Notes: generated by a model not told the origin, from the letters alone. Positions 47,340 through 57,296 are shown, numbered from the stretch's first letter. The stretch is DNA of 64,000 bases from Chloroflexota bacterium (GCA_964291655.2 OZ219801.1:288001-352000); one strand, 5' to 3'. Numbers and translations are program-made.

Positions 47340-48083
47340 ATGAACGTGAATAGGACAGAAAATCTCATGCAAACCGACACTTTGGATCGAGAGGCCATGC
47401 TGGACAGGATCGAACGAAGTACTGATCTGCCGTTGATGATCCTCTCCACCGCGATGATCCCAATGCTCGCAGGGTTGCTGTTCTGGGAGCCGGGTCCCGT
47501 ACCGCGGGGCGCGGTCCTTGCCCTCTACCTGTTCATCTGGGCCATCTTCGCGGTAGAACTGGCGGCAAGGGTAATAGTCGCTCCCCAGCGTGCACGATTC
47601 ATACGGCGTAACTGGTTCGATGTGCTCGTTGTGCTGCTCCCGGCCGCTCGTCCGCTGAGGATTCCCCTGATCGTCCTCTATGGCTCGCACGCCTATGGCC
47701 GGGCGTTGCGGTTCGCTCACGTCGATTACTTGGCAGGTTACGCCATCAGCCTCGTACTGCTAATCTCCACTATCGTCACCTCGGTCGAGCGCGGGCACGA
47801 CTCACCGGTCGATTCCTTCCCGGATGCCCTTTGGTGGTCTATTGCCACTGTGACGACGGTTGGCTACGGCGACGTCGTCCCCGTGACAACGGCTGGGCGC
47901 GCGTTTGCGTATGTCCTGATGGTGGGAGGCATAGGACTCTTCGGCGCGTTCACGGCCAATCTAGCATCGATCCTGGCGAGACGCAAAGACCCGGTCCCGG
48001 CTGGCCTCGCATCGCTTGCCGACGAGATTCGTGAACTGCGCGAGGAAATCAAACAGTTTCGGGAGCAGGATGTGTCACGCTAG
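47340..48083 (+). CDS. Potassium channel protein
   Basis: ALWWSIATVTTVGYGD selectivity filter. Confidence 0.92.
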   Translation: MNVNRTENLMQTDTLDREAMLDRIERSTDLPLMILSTAMIPMLAGLLFWEPGPVPRGAVLALYLFIWAIFAVELAARVIVAPQRARFIRRNWFDVLVVLLPAARPLRIPLIVLYGSHAYGRALRFAHVDYLAGYAISLVLLISTIVTSVERGHDSPVDSFPDALWWSIATVTTVGYGDVVPVTTAGRAFAYVLMVGGIGLFGAFTANLASILARRKDPVPAGLASLADEIRELREEIKQFREQDVSR

Positions 48084-48227
48084 CTGCCAGGTCGCCGGGG
48101 CGCACGCTGCCTGGCGCAGTCGCTCCGGTTCAAGAGGGCTCCGGGAATACTGTTCTTGCGGCACGGCAGACCCACCGTAGTGAGACTGATGTTGCTGACC
48201 ATAGTGCTGGCATTTGCAAGCTAATCG

Positions 48228-48770
48228 TTACTTGTAGTAGACAGCGATGTATACATGAAACAGACCCAGCACCACCGTGACCGCCGCCAGCGAGACGTGG
48301 GCAAGCCCCCACGATACAGTGTAGTATCGATTGTTGAATCGGATGCCCAGAGGGCTCGCGGCGCCAACAAGCATATTGCCCAGGAAGACCCAACTGAGCG
48401 CAGCCAGGTAGCCGTAGCCTACCTCCACGCTGTGCACGTAGAAGAGGAGCGGAACGAGGGATCCGGTCCGCTGGTGCCATGACAGCAGTCTCCGCAGATT
48501 CCGTCGCTTGAGGCGTGAGTAGAAGAGCCACCACTGCCATCCCACGTAGGAAATCAGCCCGGCGCCGGTTACTTACTTGAACACGTCAACCGACTGGAGA
48601 TTGGCGAGCCACTCCCATCGCAGCCCCCCCCCCCCCCCGACATCCTGCGCCACGTAGAGGAGCACACCCACGACGCCCGCCGCTCGCCACCTCCAGACAG
48701 CCACCGGCAACACGAGGGGGCGGCTCGTACGGCCACGCGCGCGGGACCCGCTTCGTCCGGCAGCTTCCAT
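48228..48770 (-). pseudogene. His-containing membrane protein with internal stop and poly-G tract
   Basis: ORFs 48573-48770 and 48228-48545 are in the same frame, separated by TAA at 48573; G15 run at 48624-48638. Confidence 0.6.
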
Positions 48771-48801
48771 TAGCGCCTCACTCCGTCTATAGGCTCAACC
48801 G

Positions 48802-49380
48802 TCACTTCACCTCCTCGCCACTTTGCGCCTCCAGCAGCAGGCGAAGGGTTTCGGCTGATGGAAGGAAATAACCGTCGCCGGGCCACTTCTCCCCCACAAG
48901 CGGAGGGTCGGCAAAGGTGGCAACCTTATTCAAGTAGTGCTCATAGGCTTCTCGGACGCTCCGGCGCAGGGCCTGCACCAGAGCCAACGCTTCGGCCATG
49001 CCTATTTCGCTCTCAGGGTATGACCACGTGGTTGCGCCCATCACGTCGCCCACTTGCCAGTCCGTCTTGGGCGAGTCCGGGTCGCTGTTGTGGCAGATCA
49101 CACAAGCCTCGGTCGGGGCGATGTCCGAGAACATGGCGGTCTGGAATCCGAGCTCCCTGTCCAGGAAGAACTGCGGCTCACCCGTGCGTCTGATTTCTTC
49201 GAAGTGCTCGGTCTGCTGGCCGGTGAACCTGTTGGCGTCATTGATCTGGAAGTCCGAGCCCAGGAAGAGATACAGGGGTACTGAACTACGTCGGAGACCC
49301 TCGGCCGTCTCCCGCAGGAAAAGGGCTGGCAGTGGCCCGGCGTCGAGTCCCTGGTCATGCCAATCCTCGTCAAATCGAAT
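48802..49380 (-). pseudogene. 5'-truncated DUF3365 (Tll0287-like) heme c-binding protein
   Basis: Open frame ...AGPLPALFLRE...FLGSDFQIN...CVICHN (CXXCH)...GDVMGA; breaks off at 49380. Confidence 0.7.
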
Positions 49381-49415
49381 CCACCAAACTGGACAAAATC
49401 AAGAACTTTCTCCAT
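49381..49415. repeat. 35-bp repeat, copy 1 (probable IS terminus)
   Basis: CCACCAAACTGGACAAAATCAAGAACTTTCTCCAT; 30/35 identical to 51835-51869. Confidence 0.75.
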
Positions 49416-49779
49416 CACCTTTACTTTGGTAGTGTGACCGCCGGGCGGAGTCGGAGCCAAGAGCGCCGGAAAAGAGCGGCCATCGGCCTGGCAAGAAATG
49501 AGAAAGCTCCTGCCAGGACGCGGGGGCTTTTCTTTTGTGCTGAACCCTCCTAGTGAAAGGCCGTAGCAACAGGGCGCGAGGTTCCCAACGGGTATACTCA
49601 CTGGTATTGGGGTGGGGTTTCGTAATTTGCCGCCATGTCGTGTTAGTCGGCTGCGCCCACAGAGGGTCGTTTTGTGCGTGGTGTTGCAAGGCCAATCACA
49701 ACTTTCGCGTAGGATGTTATCGCGCCAATATTAAAGAGGGGTAGCCATTACAGTGCCTCAAGAAGGATTGACTACTACC

Positions 49780-50000
49780 CAGGGTCTTTCGATTATTGCT
49801 GAGAAACGCAAAGCGAGAGAATTTGGGGAATATAGGGGAATAGGAGTAAGATGGGGAGAGTGAGGAAGTGGGTGTGTGAAATGAGGGGTGAAAGAGAGTA
49901 AAGTGAGGGAACTGTCGATACTTGAGGTAATGTGGAAGTTGCCCGACCCACGCAGTGGACACGGCCGGCGGCATCCCTTGGGGGCGATTCTGGGGTTGTT
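49780..50000 (+). mobile_element. ISAs1-family transposase 5' remnant
   Basis: CAGGG end at 49780; LPDPRSGHGRRHPLGAIL N-terminal motif. Confidence 0.65.
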
Positions 50001-50028
50001 GGGCGGCTGGCGCATCCCCAGAGGCTCG

Positions 50029-51255
50029 ATGCGGGGCGTGCTGCTGGTCGTGATTGCCGCCCTGGCCGTCGGCGCCGGGACCCTCGCGGCCTGCGGCGAC
50101 GAAGAGAGGGCGCCCCTCAAGATCGGCGCGCTGCTGGTGAACAGTGAGGCGCAAACGGAGACGGCCCTCGACCGCCTGCGCTCCTTCAAACTGGCCATCA
50201 AGCACGTCAACCAGGCCGGCGGCGTGTTCGGACAACAGGTGGAAATCGCGGAAGGCGACACCCTCAACCCTGCCGAGGAGGCTCGACGCCTCATTGAGGA
50301 TGAGGGCGTTCATGCCATCGTCGGACCCAACTCCAGCGCTCACTCGCTCATGGTGATTGAGGTCGCGGCGCCGGCGGGGGTGCTGGTGATCAGTTCTTCG
50401 GCCTCTTCCCCGCTGCTCACCGCCAACGAGGATCGCGACCTTTTCTTCCGCACGGTCCTCTCCGACGCCGCCCAGGGGCCGGCGCTGGCGCAGCTCACGC
50501 GCGAACGGGGCTTCGAGAACGTGGGAGTCATCTACCGGGACGACGCCTGGGGACAGGGTCTGGTGGAGGCCTTCCGGCAGGCGTGGACAGGCGGCATCGT
50601 GGCCGTGAGATCCTCGACCGAGCTTCGTGAGAGCTACCTCGACCTCATCGAGGAGAGCGCGCGCGACGAAGCCAAGGCCCTCGTCCTGCTCACCTTCGGG
50701 GCCGAGGCCGAGATCATCCTCCAGGAGGCGCTCGACAGCGGCCTCTACGAACAGTTCCTCTTCGGCGACGCGCTCAGGCGGGCCAGCCTGGCGGAGGCCG
50801 TGGGCGGGGGAAGGCTGGCCGGCATGTACGGCACCGTCAGCGGCCCATCCCATGAGAACGCCCCCACCCGGATGTGGGACGAGGCGTTCCATAACGAGTA
50901 CGGGAGGGGCACGGAGGCTACCTACGTGAGGGAGACCTACGACGCTGCCATCGCCATCGCCTTGGCGGCGGAGGCGGCAGGCGACGCCGAAGGGGTGGTC
51001 ATTCGCGACGCGCTGCGGCGTATCGGCTCGGCGCCCGGCGAACAAGTTCTGCCCGGCGCGGAGGGTATCTCCCGCGCCCTGAGCACCATCCGTGACGGCG
51101 GAGATGTGGACTACGAAGGCGGCTCCGTCTCCATGGACTGGGACGAGTACGGCGACCTTCGGCGAGGCTACATCGGCATCTGGCGGTTCACGGCCGACGG
51201 CGACATTGAGGACGTAGACGTCATCGCCTACGAGGCTGAACCGCAGCGGAAGTAA
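50029..51255 (+). CDS. Branched-chain amino acid-type ABC substrate-binding lipoprotein (orphan)
   Basis: LAAC lipobox; VNQAGGVFG, IVGP..S, FFRT..SDAAQG. Confidence 0.85.
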   Translation: MRGVLLVVIAALAVGAGTLAACGDEERAPLKIGALLVNSEAQTETALDRLRSFKLAIKHVNQAGGVFGQQVEIAEGDTLNPAEEARRLIEDEGVHAIVGPNSSAHSLMVIEVAAPAGVLVISSSASSPLLTANEDRDLFFRTVLSDAAQGPALAQLTRERGFENVGVIYRDDAWGQGLVEAFRQAWTGGIVAVRSSTELRESYLDLIEESARDEAKALVLLTFGAEAEIILQEALDSGLYEQFLFGDALRRASLAEAVGGGRLAGMYGTVSGPSHENAPTRMWDEAFHNEYGRGTEATYVRETYDAAIAIALAAEAAGDAEGVVIRDALRRIGSAPGEQVLPGAEGISRALSTIRDGGDVDYEGGSVSMDWDEYGDLRRGYIGIWRFTADGDIEDVDVIAYEAEPQRK

Positions 51256-51364
51256 TCGACGACCGGAGTCCGATAATGGGGATCCTCAACTGAAGCCCAC
51301 CACAGCCGGGCGCGACGAGCCGCCCGGCTCCTTCCCAAGGTTCATTTAGAGCCAATTTCAGCCG

Positions 51365-51834
51365 TTACATACCCCTTTCAGGGGGTCCCCCTGGCGGGTT
51401 GTGATAGCCAGGCTTGATGCGCTTCAGACGGGCGGCTTTGCTGGAGCGTACCGGCTCCAATCCCTCCAGGACACTTTCGTCCCATAGGGCCAAAGGAGTT
51501 TCCCCAGCCTGTTTCAGTTCATCCAGGGCCTCATCGGACCGGTACCAGAGGAACCGCTCCAACAGGGTGTGAGACCATTGGGGAGAGCGCAATAAATTGC
51601 TCAGCCGCTTGGTGCCCGCCGGAGCTCTATCAGGAGATAGAATGTGGGCCCTCGGCTCCCTCACGAGCAGTCCTGACCGGCTGTGGCGCAGGCGGACCAT
51701 GGCGGTCAGGGCCAGGAAAAAGGTGCGCACCAGACGCCGGTCCAGCTGATCATCCAGCCACCCCTCCAGCGGCCCGATGAACATTTCCAACAAATTCGCT
51801 ACCGGTTGGGCTTGCCTCCGCCCCTCACCAGGCC
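51365..51834 (-). mobile_element. Truncated IS4-like DDE transposase fragment
   Basis: LDRRLVRTF, APAGTKRLSNLL, LWDESVLE; truncated at both ends. Confidence 0.65.
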
Positions 51835-51869
51835 CCACCACATTTGACGAAATCAAGAACTTTCACCAT
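51835..51869. repeat. 35-bp repeat, copy 2
   Basis: CCACCACATTTGACGAAATCAAGAACTTTCACCAT. Confidence 0.75.
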
Positions 51870-51932
51870 TTGCTTCCGGTTGGAGCCAGGGTAGTCGCGG
51901 GGCAAGGGACTGGTTGATAGGCCAAGGGGGTC

Positions 51933-52056
51933 CGTCATTCCGGCCTTGAGCCGGAATCCAGAGTCTCCCGACAGGCCAGATTTCCAAGAGCAAGGGATTA
52001 TGTGGATTCCGGCCCCGTATTGGGGTACGGGGTGACGTTCTTTCGCCGGAATGACG
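51933..52056. repeat. Paired REP-like palindromes with a nested mini-palindrome
   Basis: CGTCATTCCGGC-cttga-GCCGGAATCC ... GGATTCCGGC[27-nt insert]TTTCGCCGGAATGACG. Confidence 0.75.
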
Positions 52057-52173
52057 AGGCGGACGCTCTCCCCCATCCTAAAGCCGCGGGGGCCCGGACG
52101 ACTTCGCCCGGGCCCCCGCCCTCTGCTCCGTCCGGCTCGCTTGGGGGCGAGCCGGACGTAATGTTTCAGCGCG

Positions 52174-55100
52174 TCAGCCGCACTTGACGAGGACGTACTC
52201 GCCCTTGCGGTCGTCGTTCTTGTCTACGGCATCACGGCCGTCGTTGTGGTCGAGGAATTCCTCCACACCGCTGTGCTGACCAACGAGGATGCTGCCCCAG
52301 ACCCTGATGTCGCTGGTGCCGCCATCGCAGCCCTGATCGATGATCCTGGAGCCGGACCGGTCCAGGTCATTGGGGGCTTCGGCGTCAAACACGACTGCCC
52401 AGTTGTTCCATGCGCTGGACCTAGAATCTGTGTCCAGTTGGAGGGTGACGTCGGTCCACACCTTCTTGGCGAGGTGGACCCTCACCCGGCCGTTCTCCTG
52501 TTGCGAATACACGGTGAAGACGACGGCATCGTCCTCGACGACCTTGAGGATCGGGTTCGGCTTGGTCGACTCCGTGTCCTTGACCCGGAACTGGTAGTAG
52601 CGCTCGGGGTGGTACACGAAGTTGTCGTCGTGGGAGTTGAACGTCAACGGCATCCGCTTCCCGGTAGCATGATCCTTCCACGCGTCGCCTCCGAAACAGT
52701 TGTATCCGCCAGGCGTAAAGCATTCGGCGAAATTGCCCGTGTAGAGGTGCCACTCGGACTCTTCCCGGATCGCCAGCGCGCGGTGGCCGACCTCCTGATC
52801 CAGATTTTGCCAGGCCGACCATTGGGTGCCGTCGTCATTGGTCGCCGTGCGCACCTGGAGCGCGACCCGATTATTGCCGCCCCTCGTGCCGCTGTTCAGG
52901 ATCAGGTCGAACTGGTCACCTTCCTTGATCGTGGTGACACGGCCGATAGGGGTGTCGGCAGTGTTCTGACCGTGCACAACCGTCAACCAGACATCGGCGG
53001 TGATTGTGGTATTAGTCGCCCGCCAGCCATTCGTGTTCCTGGTGGCGTGGTACATGCCGGTGTCTGTCATTGTGATCGTACTGACTTCGGTGGTATGCAC
53101 ATCCGGAGCGTCCCAGCCGGCGCCGTCGGTCTCGTGCCAGACCAGCTTGACCGTGCCGTTGCTCCCGTTGGAGCCGTCTGATAGCCAGTCCCACGAGACC
53201 TCACAGGTGGCCGTCCGGTTAGCTGTGTTTCCGCCCGCGTTTGCACCCTTGTTGAAGGCGCAGACGCTGGGCTGCCAGTAGACGGCATGCCCGTGCTCCA
53301 GGTACATGCGCGCCGCCGAGGCTCTGCCGCCCTTGCGGATGTCCTCCTCCCGCGGGGCGAGATAGCCCCTCAGATGCTCACCCGACAGGGTGATGGTCTG
53401 CGTGCCGCTGGTGCCCTCCTTGATGGTGAACGTCGATCCGTCGCCATCGCCGTCCGCGTCGTCACCGAGTTTGCCGGTATTCCCGGTGACGGTGACGGTG
53501 GCGATGCTGTCCCGGAAGTTGATATTCAGGAGGTCGTAGGTGCCGACCACGGAGGTGCCGCTGTCGCCCACGTCGTGGTAGACCAGCTTGGCGCCGTTGA
53601 GGGTCGTGCCGGGAGTCCCGTCGTCGGTCAGGTTGTATGTGATCTGGGCCCGACGGTAATTCCTGTTGTTGAACGTCAGGTAGGGGTTAGAGCAGTTGTT
53701 GTCCAACCAGCCCTGGTAGGTGCCATGCGGACTGCTGGTGTTGCCCCAGGTGTTCGTGGCCACCCTGGTGGGGATGGTTTGGCCACCGGTCTGCGGCTCG
53801 ATGGTGATGTAGCCGCGCATCCGGCAATTGCCAGTGCCGACCTGGGGCTTGTTGACCCAGACGCGCACCTCGATCGTGCCCGATGTGCCTTCCTTCAGCC
53901 TGACATCGGCGATGAAGGCATCGGTCGGACCATTCGGACTGATCGGGTGGGGGACTACGGTGCCATTGTAGGAGAGCGCCGACTGCGCGCCGACGCAGAA
54001 GGTGCCATCGGACGACAGGCGCGTGCCCGGGTTGCACTGTGCTTCGACGCTGGCGGTGGCGGTGACGCTGTTCGTGCCGTCGCTGGCCGTGACGGTCATC
54101 GTCGCCGTCCCGGTGCTGGTGTTCTTGATCGAAATGAGCTCGTCCCACTGGCTAATCGTCGCGATGGGGTTGTCGAGCGTCACCGTAAAGGTCAGCTCGG
54201 CATCCGTCTCGTGGCCGAAGTAATCGGTCAGCGTGAGCTGCGTCGGCGAGAGGCTGGTGGAAAGGTTGATGGACGTGGGCAACGGGTTGTCCAGCGTCGG
54301 CATTGGCGCGGGCGGCGGGCCGTTGTGGAATATATCGGTCAGCGCCGGCGCGATTTCGTCCCAGATGTCGGTCCAGCTCCGCGCCGCCAAAGCTCGCGCT
54401 CTCCACGCGGGGTACGGCTCAATCGACTCCTTCTCTACGTCCTGCCCGAGCGCGAGCAGGACGCTGTCGTAGAGGTCGGTATGCGAGGAGAATTGGCCAA
54501 AGAGGGGATGGTTGCGCTCGGCCTCCACCTTGGCGATCAGGTCCTGGTAGGGAGCCCAGAACTCGGTGTAGGTCGGGGTAGCGCCCGAACCCGGCGCGTC
54601 ATCGTCCGTCACGATGACCGTCGCCGCGCCCTGCGTCGCCGAGACGGTGAAGCGCGGGTTGTCGCGCGGGTCCGGCTGCAGCGTCAGTGTCAGAGAGCCA
54701 TCGGACTCGTCGCGGTCGTCGTCCAGCGTGGACACGGTGATCGTGTTGCTTCCGGACGTCCCAATCACCTCCACGATCTGCCCGTCGCCGGAGGTGAAGC
54801 GGCCGTCCTGCGTCACCATGGCGACGAAGGTGATGGCCATAGTGCCGGTCGGCGCGGGGTTGGCGGTCACGGTGAAGGTGGCAGAGCCGCCCTCGGTGAC
54901 CGCTCCGCCGCCCACAACGCTGATCTCAGGCTTCGCAGCGGGAGCCGGCGGGTCATCATCGTCCGCCACGGTTACGGTGGCCGCACCGCCCGACGTGGAC
55001 ACGGTGTAGCCGGTTCCGGTATTCAGGGTGGCGGTTACCGACCCGTCGGCCTCGTCCACGCTGTCGTCACTGGTGGCGACGGTCAGCGTGTAGCTGCCGG

Positions 55101-56637
55101 AGGTCGGGATGCTCACCGTCTGCGCCCCGGTGGTTGCGCCGTAGTCCCCGCTCTGCGAGACCGCGACGGTCACGTCCAGAGAGGCCGACGGCGCCGGGCT
55201 GGCGCTGACGGTGAAGGTGGCGTCGCCGCCCTCGGTGACCGCGCTGCCGCCCACAACGCTGATCACAGGCTTCGCAGGGGGAGCCGGTGTCGGCGTGGGT
55301 GTCGGTGTCGGTGTGGGTGTCGGTGTCGGCTGCTGCGAGTCGCCGTCGGTGGAGCCTTCGCACTGCTCCAGGGCTTCCAGAGTGCGCGCCGTGCGGTCCC
55401 AGCGGGTGTTTCCAAGCCAGTTGGCGATCTCCCACGCCAGACTTGCTGGCATCGGAGTAAGACCTGTGCTGGTATCGACACCGAGCGCTTCCAGCACCCG
55501 GTTCCAGCGTTTGACGCCCGCCGCCGCCCTGGTGGGGTCGAGAGCGTCCCGCCAGCCGGTTACCTCGTCCGCCGTTACGGCGTCGTCTGGCAGGTTGCAG
55601 ACTTGCTCCGTCTGCTGAGCCGGCGGGTCGTCATCATCGGACACCGCCGCCGTGGCCGCGCCGTTGCTCGACGACACGGTGTAGCCCGTTCCGCCGTTGA
55701 CCGTGGCCGTCACCGACCCGTCGGCCTCGTCGTCGCTGTCACCGGTGGTCGCAACGGTCAGCGTGTAACTCCCGCCGGTCGGGATGCTCACCGTCCGCGC
55801 CCCGGTGGTAACACCGAAGTCCCCGCTCTGGGTAATGCTCACGCTCACCGACAGGGCCGCGTGAGGTGCCGGGCTGGCGGTGATGGTGAAGCTGGCGTTA
55901 CTACCCTCGGTTATATCGCCATCGCTGGCGATGCTGATTTCCGGCACGTCGTCATCCGACACTGCCACCGTGGCCGTCCCGTTGGACGTGGACACGGTGT
56001 AGCCTGTTCCGGTATTCAGGGTGGCGGTTACCGACCCGTCGGCCTCGTCGGCGTTGTCGTTCGTGGTAGAAACGGTCAGCGTGTAGCTGCCGGAAGTCGG
56101 GATGCTCACCGTCTGCGCCCCGGTGGTTGCGCCGTAGTCCCCGCTCTGCGAGACCGCGACGGTCACGTCTAGAGAGGCCGCCGGCGCCGGGCTGGCGCTG
56201 ACGGTGAAGGTGGCGTCGCTGCCCTCGGTTATATCGCCAGAGCTGGCGATACTGATTTCCGGGGCGGTCAGGCACTTCTCCAGGGCTTCCAGGGTTCGGG
56301 CGGTGCGGTCCCAGCGGGTGTTTCCAAGCCAGTTGGCGACCTCCCACGCCAGGCTTGCTGGCATCGGAGTAAGACCTGTGCCGGTGTCAACGCCTAACGC
56401 TTCAAGTACGCGGTTCCAGCGCTTGACGCCCGCGGCGGCTCTGATGGGGTCGAGAGCGTCGCGCCAGCCGGTTACCTCGTCCGCCGTGATGGCGTCGTCC
56501 GGCAGATAAGAGGCGCAAGCGGTCTCATCGCCCTGGGCGTTGGCGACGGATTCATTGTTCAGGAGCAGTAGCGAAATTGCCACGAAGGACAAGACCGCCA
56601 GACCGTAGAGGGGGAGCTGCCACCGTGAAATCTTCAT
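52174..56637 (-). CDS. 1487-aa secreted/surface protein with Calx-beta-like repeats, a repeated Trp-rich helical domain and a PT linker
   Basis: Signal peptide; four ...TEG..A.FT...DEADGS.T.TL...A.V.V.DDD repeats; two near-identical ~75-aa repeats; GGAGG RBS. Confidence 0.85.
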   Translation of the reverse strand: MKISRWQLPLYGLAVLSFVAISLLLLNNESVANAQGDETACASYLPDDAITADEVTGWRDALDPIRAAAGVKRWNRVLEALGVDTGTGLTPMPASLAWEVANWLGNTRWDRTARTLEALEKCLTAPEISIASSGDITEGSDATFTVSASPAPAASLDVTVAVSQSGDYGATTGAQTVSIPTSGSYTLTVSTTNDNADEADGSVTATLNTGTGYTVSTSNGTATVAVSDDDVPEISIASDGDITEGSNASFTITASPAPHAALSVSVSITQSGDFGVTTGARTVSIPTGGSYTLTVATTGDSDDEADGSVTATVNGGTGYTVSSSNGAATAAVSDDDDPPAQQTEQVCNLPDDAVTADEVTGWRDALDPTRAAAGVKRWNRVLEALGVDTSTGLTPMPASLAWEIANWLGNTRWDRTARTLEALEQCEGSTDGDSQQPTPTPTPTPTPTPTPAPPAKPVISVVGGSAVTEGGDATFTVSASPAPSASLDVTVAVSQSGDYGATTGAQTVSIPTSGSYTLTVATSDDSVDEADGSVTATLNTGTGYTVSTSGGAATVTVADDDDPPAPAAKPEISVVGGGAVTEGGSATFTVTANPAPTGTMAITFVAMVTQDGRFTSGDGQIVEVIGTSGSNTITVSTLDDDRDESDGSLTLTLQPDPRDNPRFTVSATQGAATVIVTDDDAPGSGATPTYTEFWAPYQDLIAKVEAERNHPLFGQFSSHTDLYDSVLLALGQDVEKESIEPYPAWRARALAARSWTDIWDEIAPALTDIFHNGPPPAPMPTLDNPLPTSINLSTSLSPTQLTLTDYFGHETDAELTFTVTLDNPIATISQWDELISIKNTSTGTATMTVTASDGTNSVTATASVEAQCNPGTRLSSDGTFCVGAQSALSYNGTVVPHPISPNGPTDAFIADVRLKEGTSGTIEVRVWVNKPQVGTGNCRMRGYITIEPQTGGQTIPTRVATNTWGNTSSPHGTYQGWLDNNCSNPYLTFNNRNYRRAQITYNLTDDGTPGTTLNGAKLVYHDVGDSGTSVVGTYDLLNINFRDSIATVTVTGNTGKLGDDADGDGDGSTFTIKEGTSGTQTITLSGEHLRGYLAPREEDIRKGGRASAARMYLEHGHAVYWQPSVCAFNKGANAGGNTANRTATCEVSWDWLSDGSNGSNGTVKLVWHETDGAGWDAPDVHTTEVSTITMTDTGMYHATRNTNGWRATNTTITADVWLTVVHGQNTADTPIGRVTTIKEGDQFDLILNSGTRGGNNRVALQVRTATNDDGTQWSAWQNLDQEVGHRALAIREESEWHLYTGNFAECFTPGGYNCFGGDAWKDHATGKRMPLTFNSHDDNFVYHPERYYQFRVKDTESTKPNPILKVVEDDAVVFTVYSQQENGRVRVHLAKKVWTDVTLQLDTDSRSSAWNNWAVVFDAEAPNDLDRSGSRIIDQGCDGGTSDIRVWGSILVGQHSGVEEFLDHNDGRDAVDKNDDRKGEYVLVKCG

Positions 56638-57249
56638 GACGCACCTCCCTCAGCGTCGCGGTCCGGGCGTGGGGTAAGTCTAGGTGTATGCAGGTTCATA
56701 GTAAGCCACCTCCGGTTCAGGTTTGAGTTCCTGTCGCAGCCAACCCTGGCTCTCCATCGGGTCATCAACGTCCTCCTTATCGAATAGCATTCTAATCAAG
56801 CGCCACGGGGATCCCCTGGCATCCGGTCGCCTCGTCGCGCGACCATTAGAGTATAGCAGGTTTCCAGCGCACTGACCAAACTGCGCGCCGATTCGGGGAG
56901 TAGTTTGGGCAGTGTATCATTGGTCAGAATCTTGCACTCTCCAGATTAGGATACGATCAATACATAACCAATGTCAATACAACGCAATATCATATAGATG
57001 GAGTCTTTGCTTACGCTCAGGGGGGCAGCCACGCCTGTGATATCGACCCAGCCTTCTTCAGACGTCATGTCCTGCTAACTCCTTACAAGCATAGGCTTGC
57101 GGGCTTCTACCGTCAATCTACAGCCATTCGGAAACTCTAGACATGAGTTCAGTTTTTCGGGCAACAAAAAAGGCTTGCACACATGGCCGCGAGCGGCAGC
57201 GCGCCCAAGCCCTAAACGCAAAAGGGGCCGCATACATGACCGACCAGAG

Positions 57250-57282
57250 AGAGGGCATCGCTCCATAGGCGATGCCCTCTCC
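57250..57282 (-). terminator. Hairpin after the helicase gene
   Basis: GAGAGGGCATCGC-N7-GCGATGCCCTCTC. Confidence 0.6.
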
Positions 57283-57296
57283 CCTTGTGTGTTTGC

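Noticed and set aside
42732-48575. Stop-codon recoding or selenocysteine at the internal stops
   Set aside because: These stops are TAA, TAA/TGA/TAG all end normal genes here, and no SECIS-like context is evident; point mutation is simpler.
55284-55330. Short tandem repeat as a variable locus
   Set aside because: Ordinary Pro-Thr linker with synonymous variation.
53287-56172. 961-aa + strand ORF and other long antisense ORFs (23390-24982, 44868-46367, 49717-51045)
   Set aside because: Antisense to well-supported GC-rich genes; Arg/Gly/Val-biased with no motifs.
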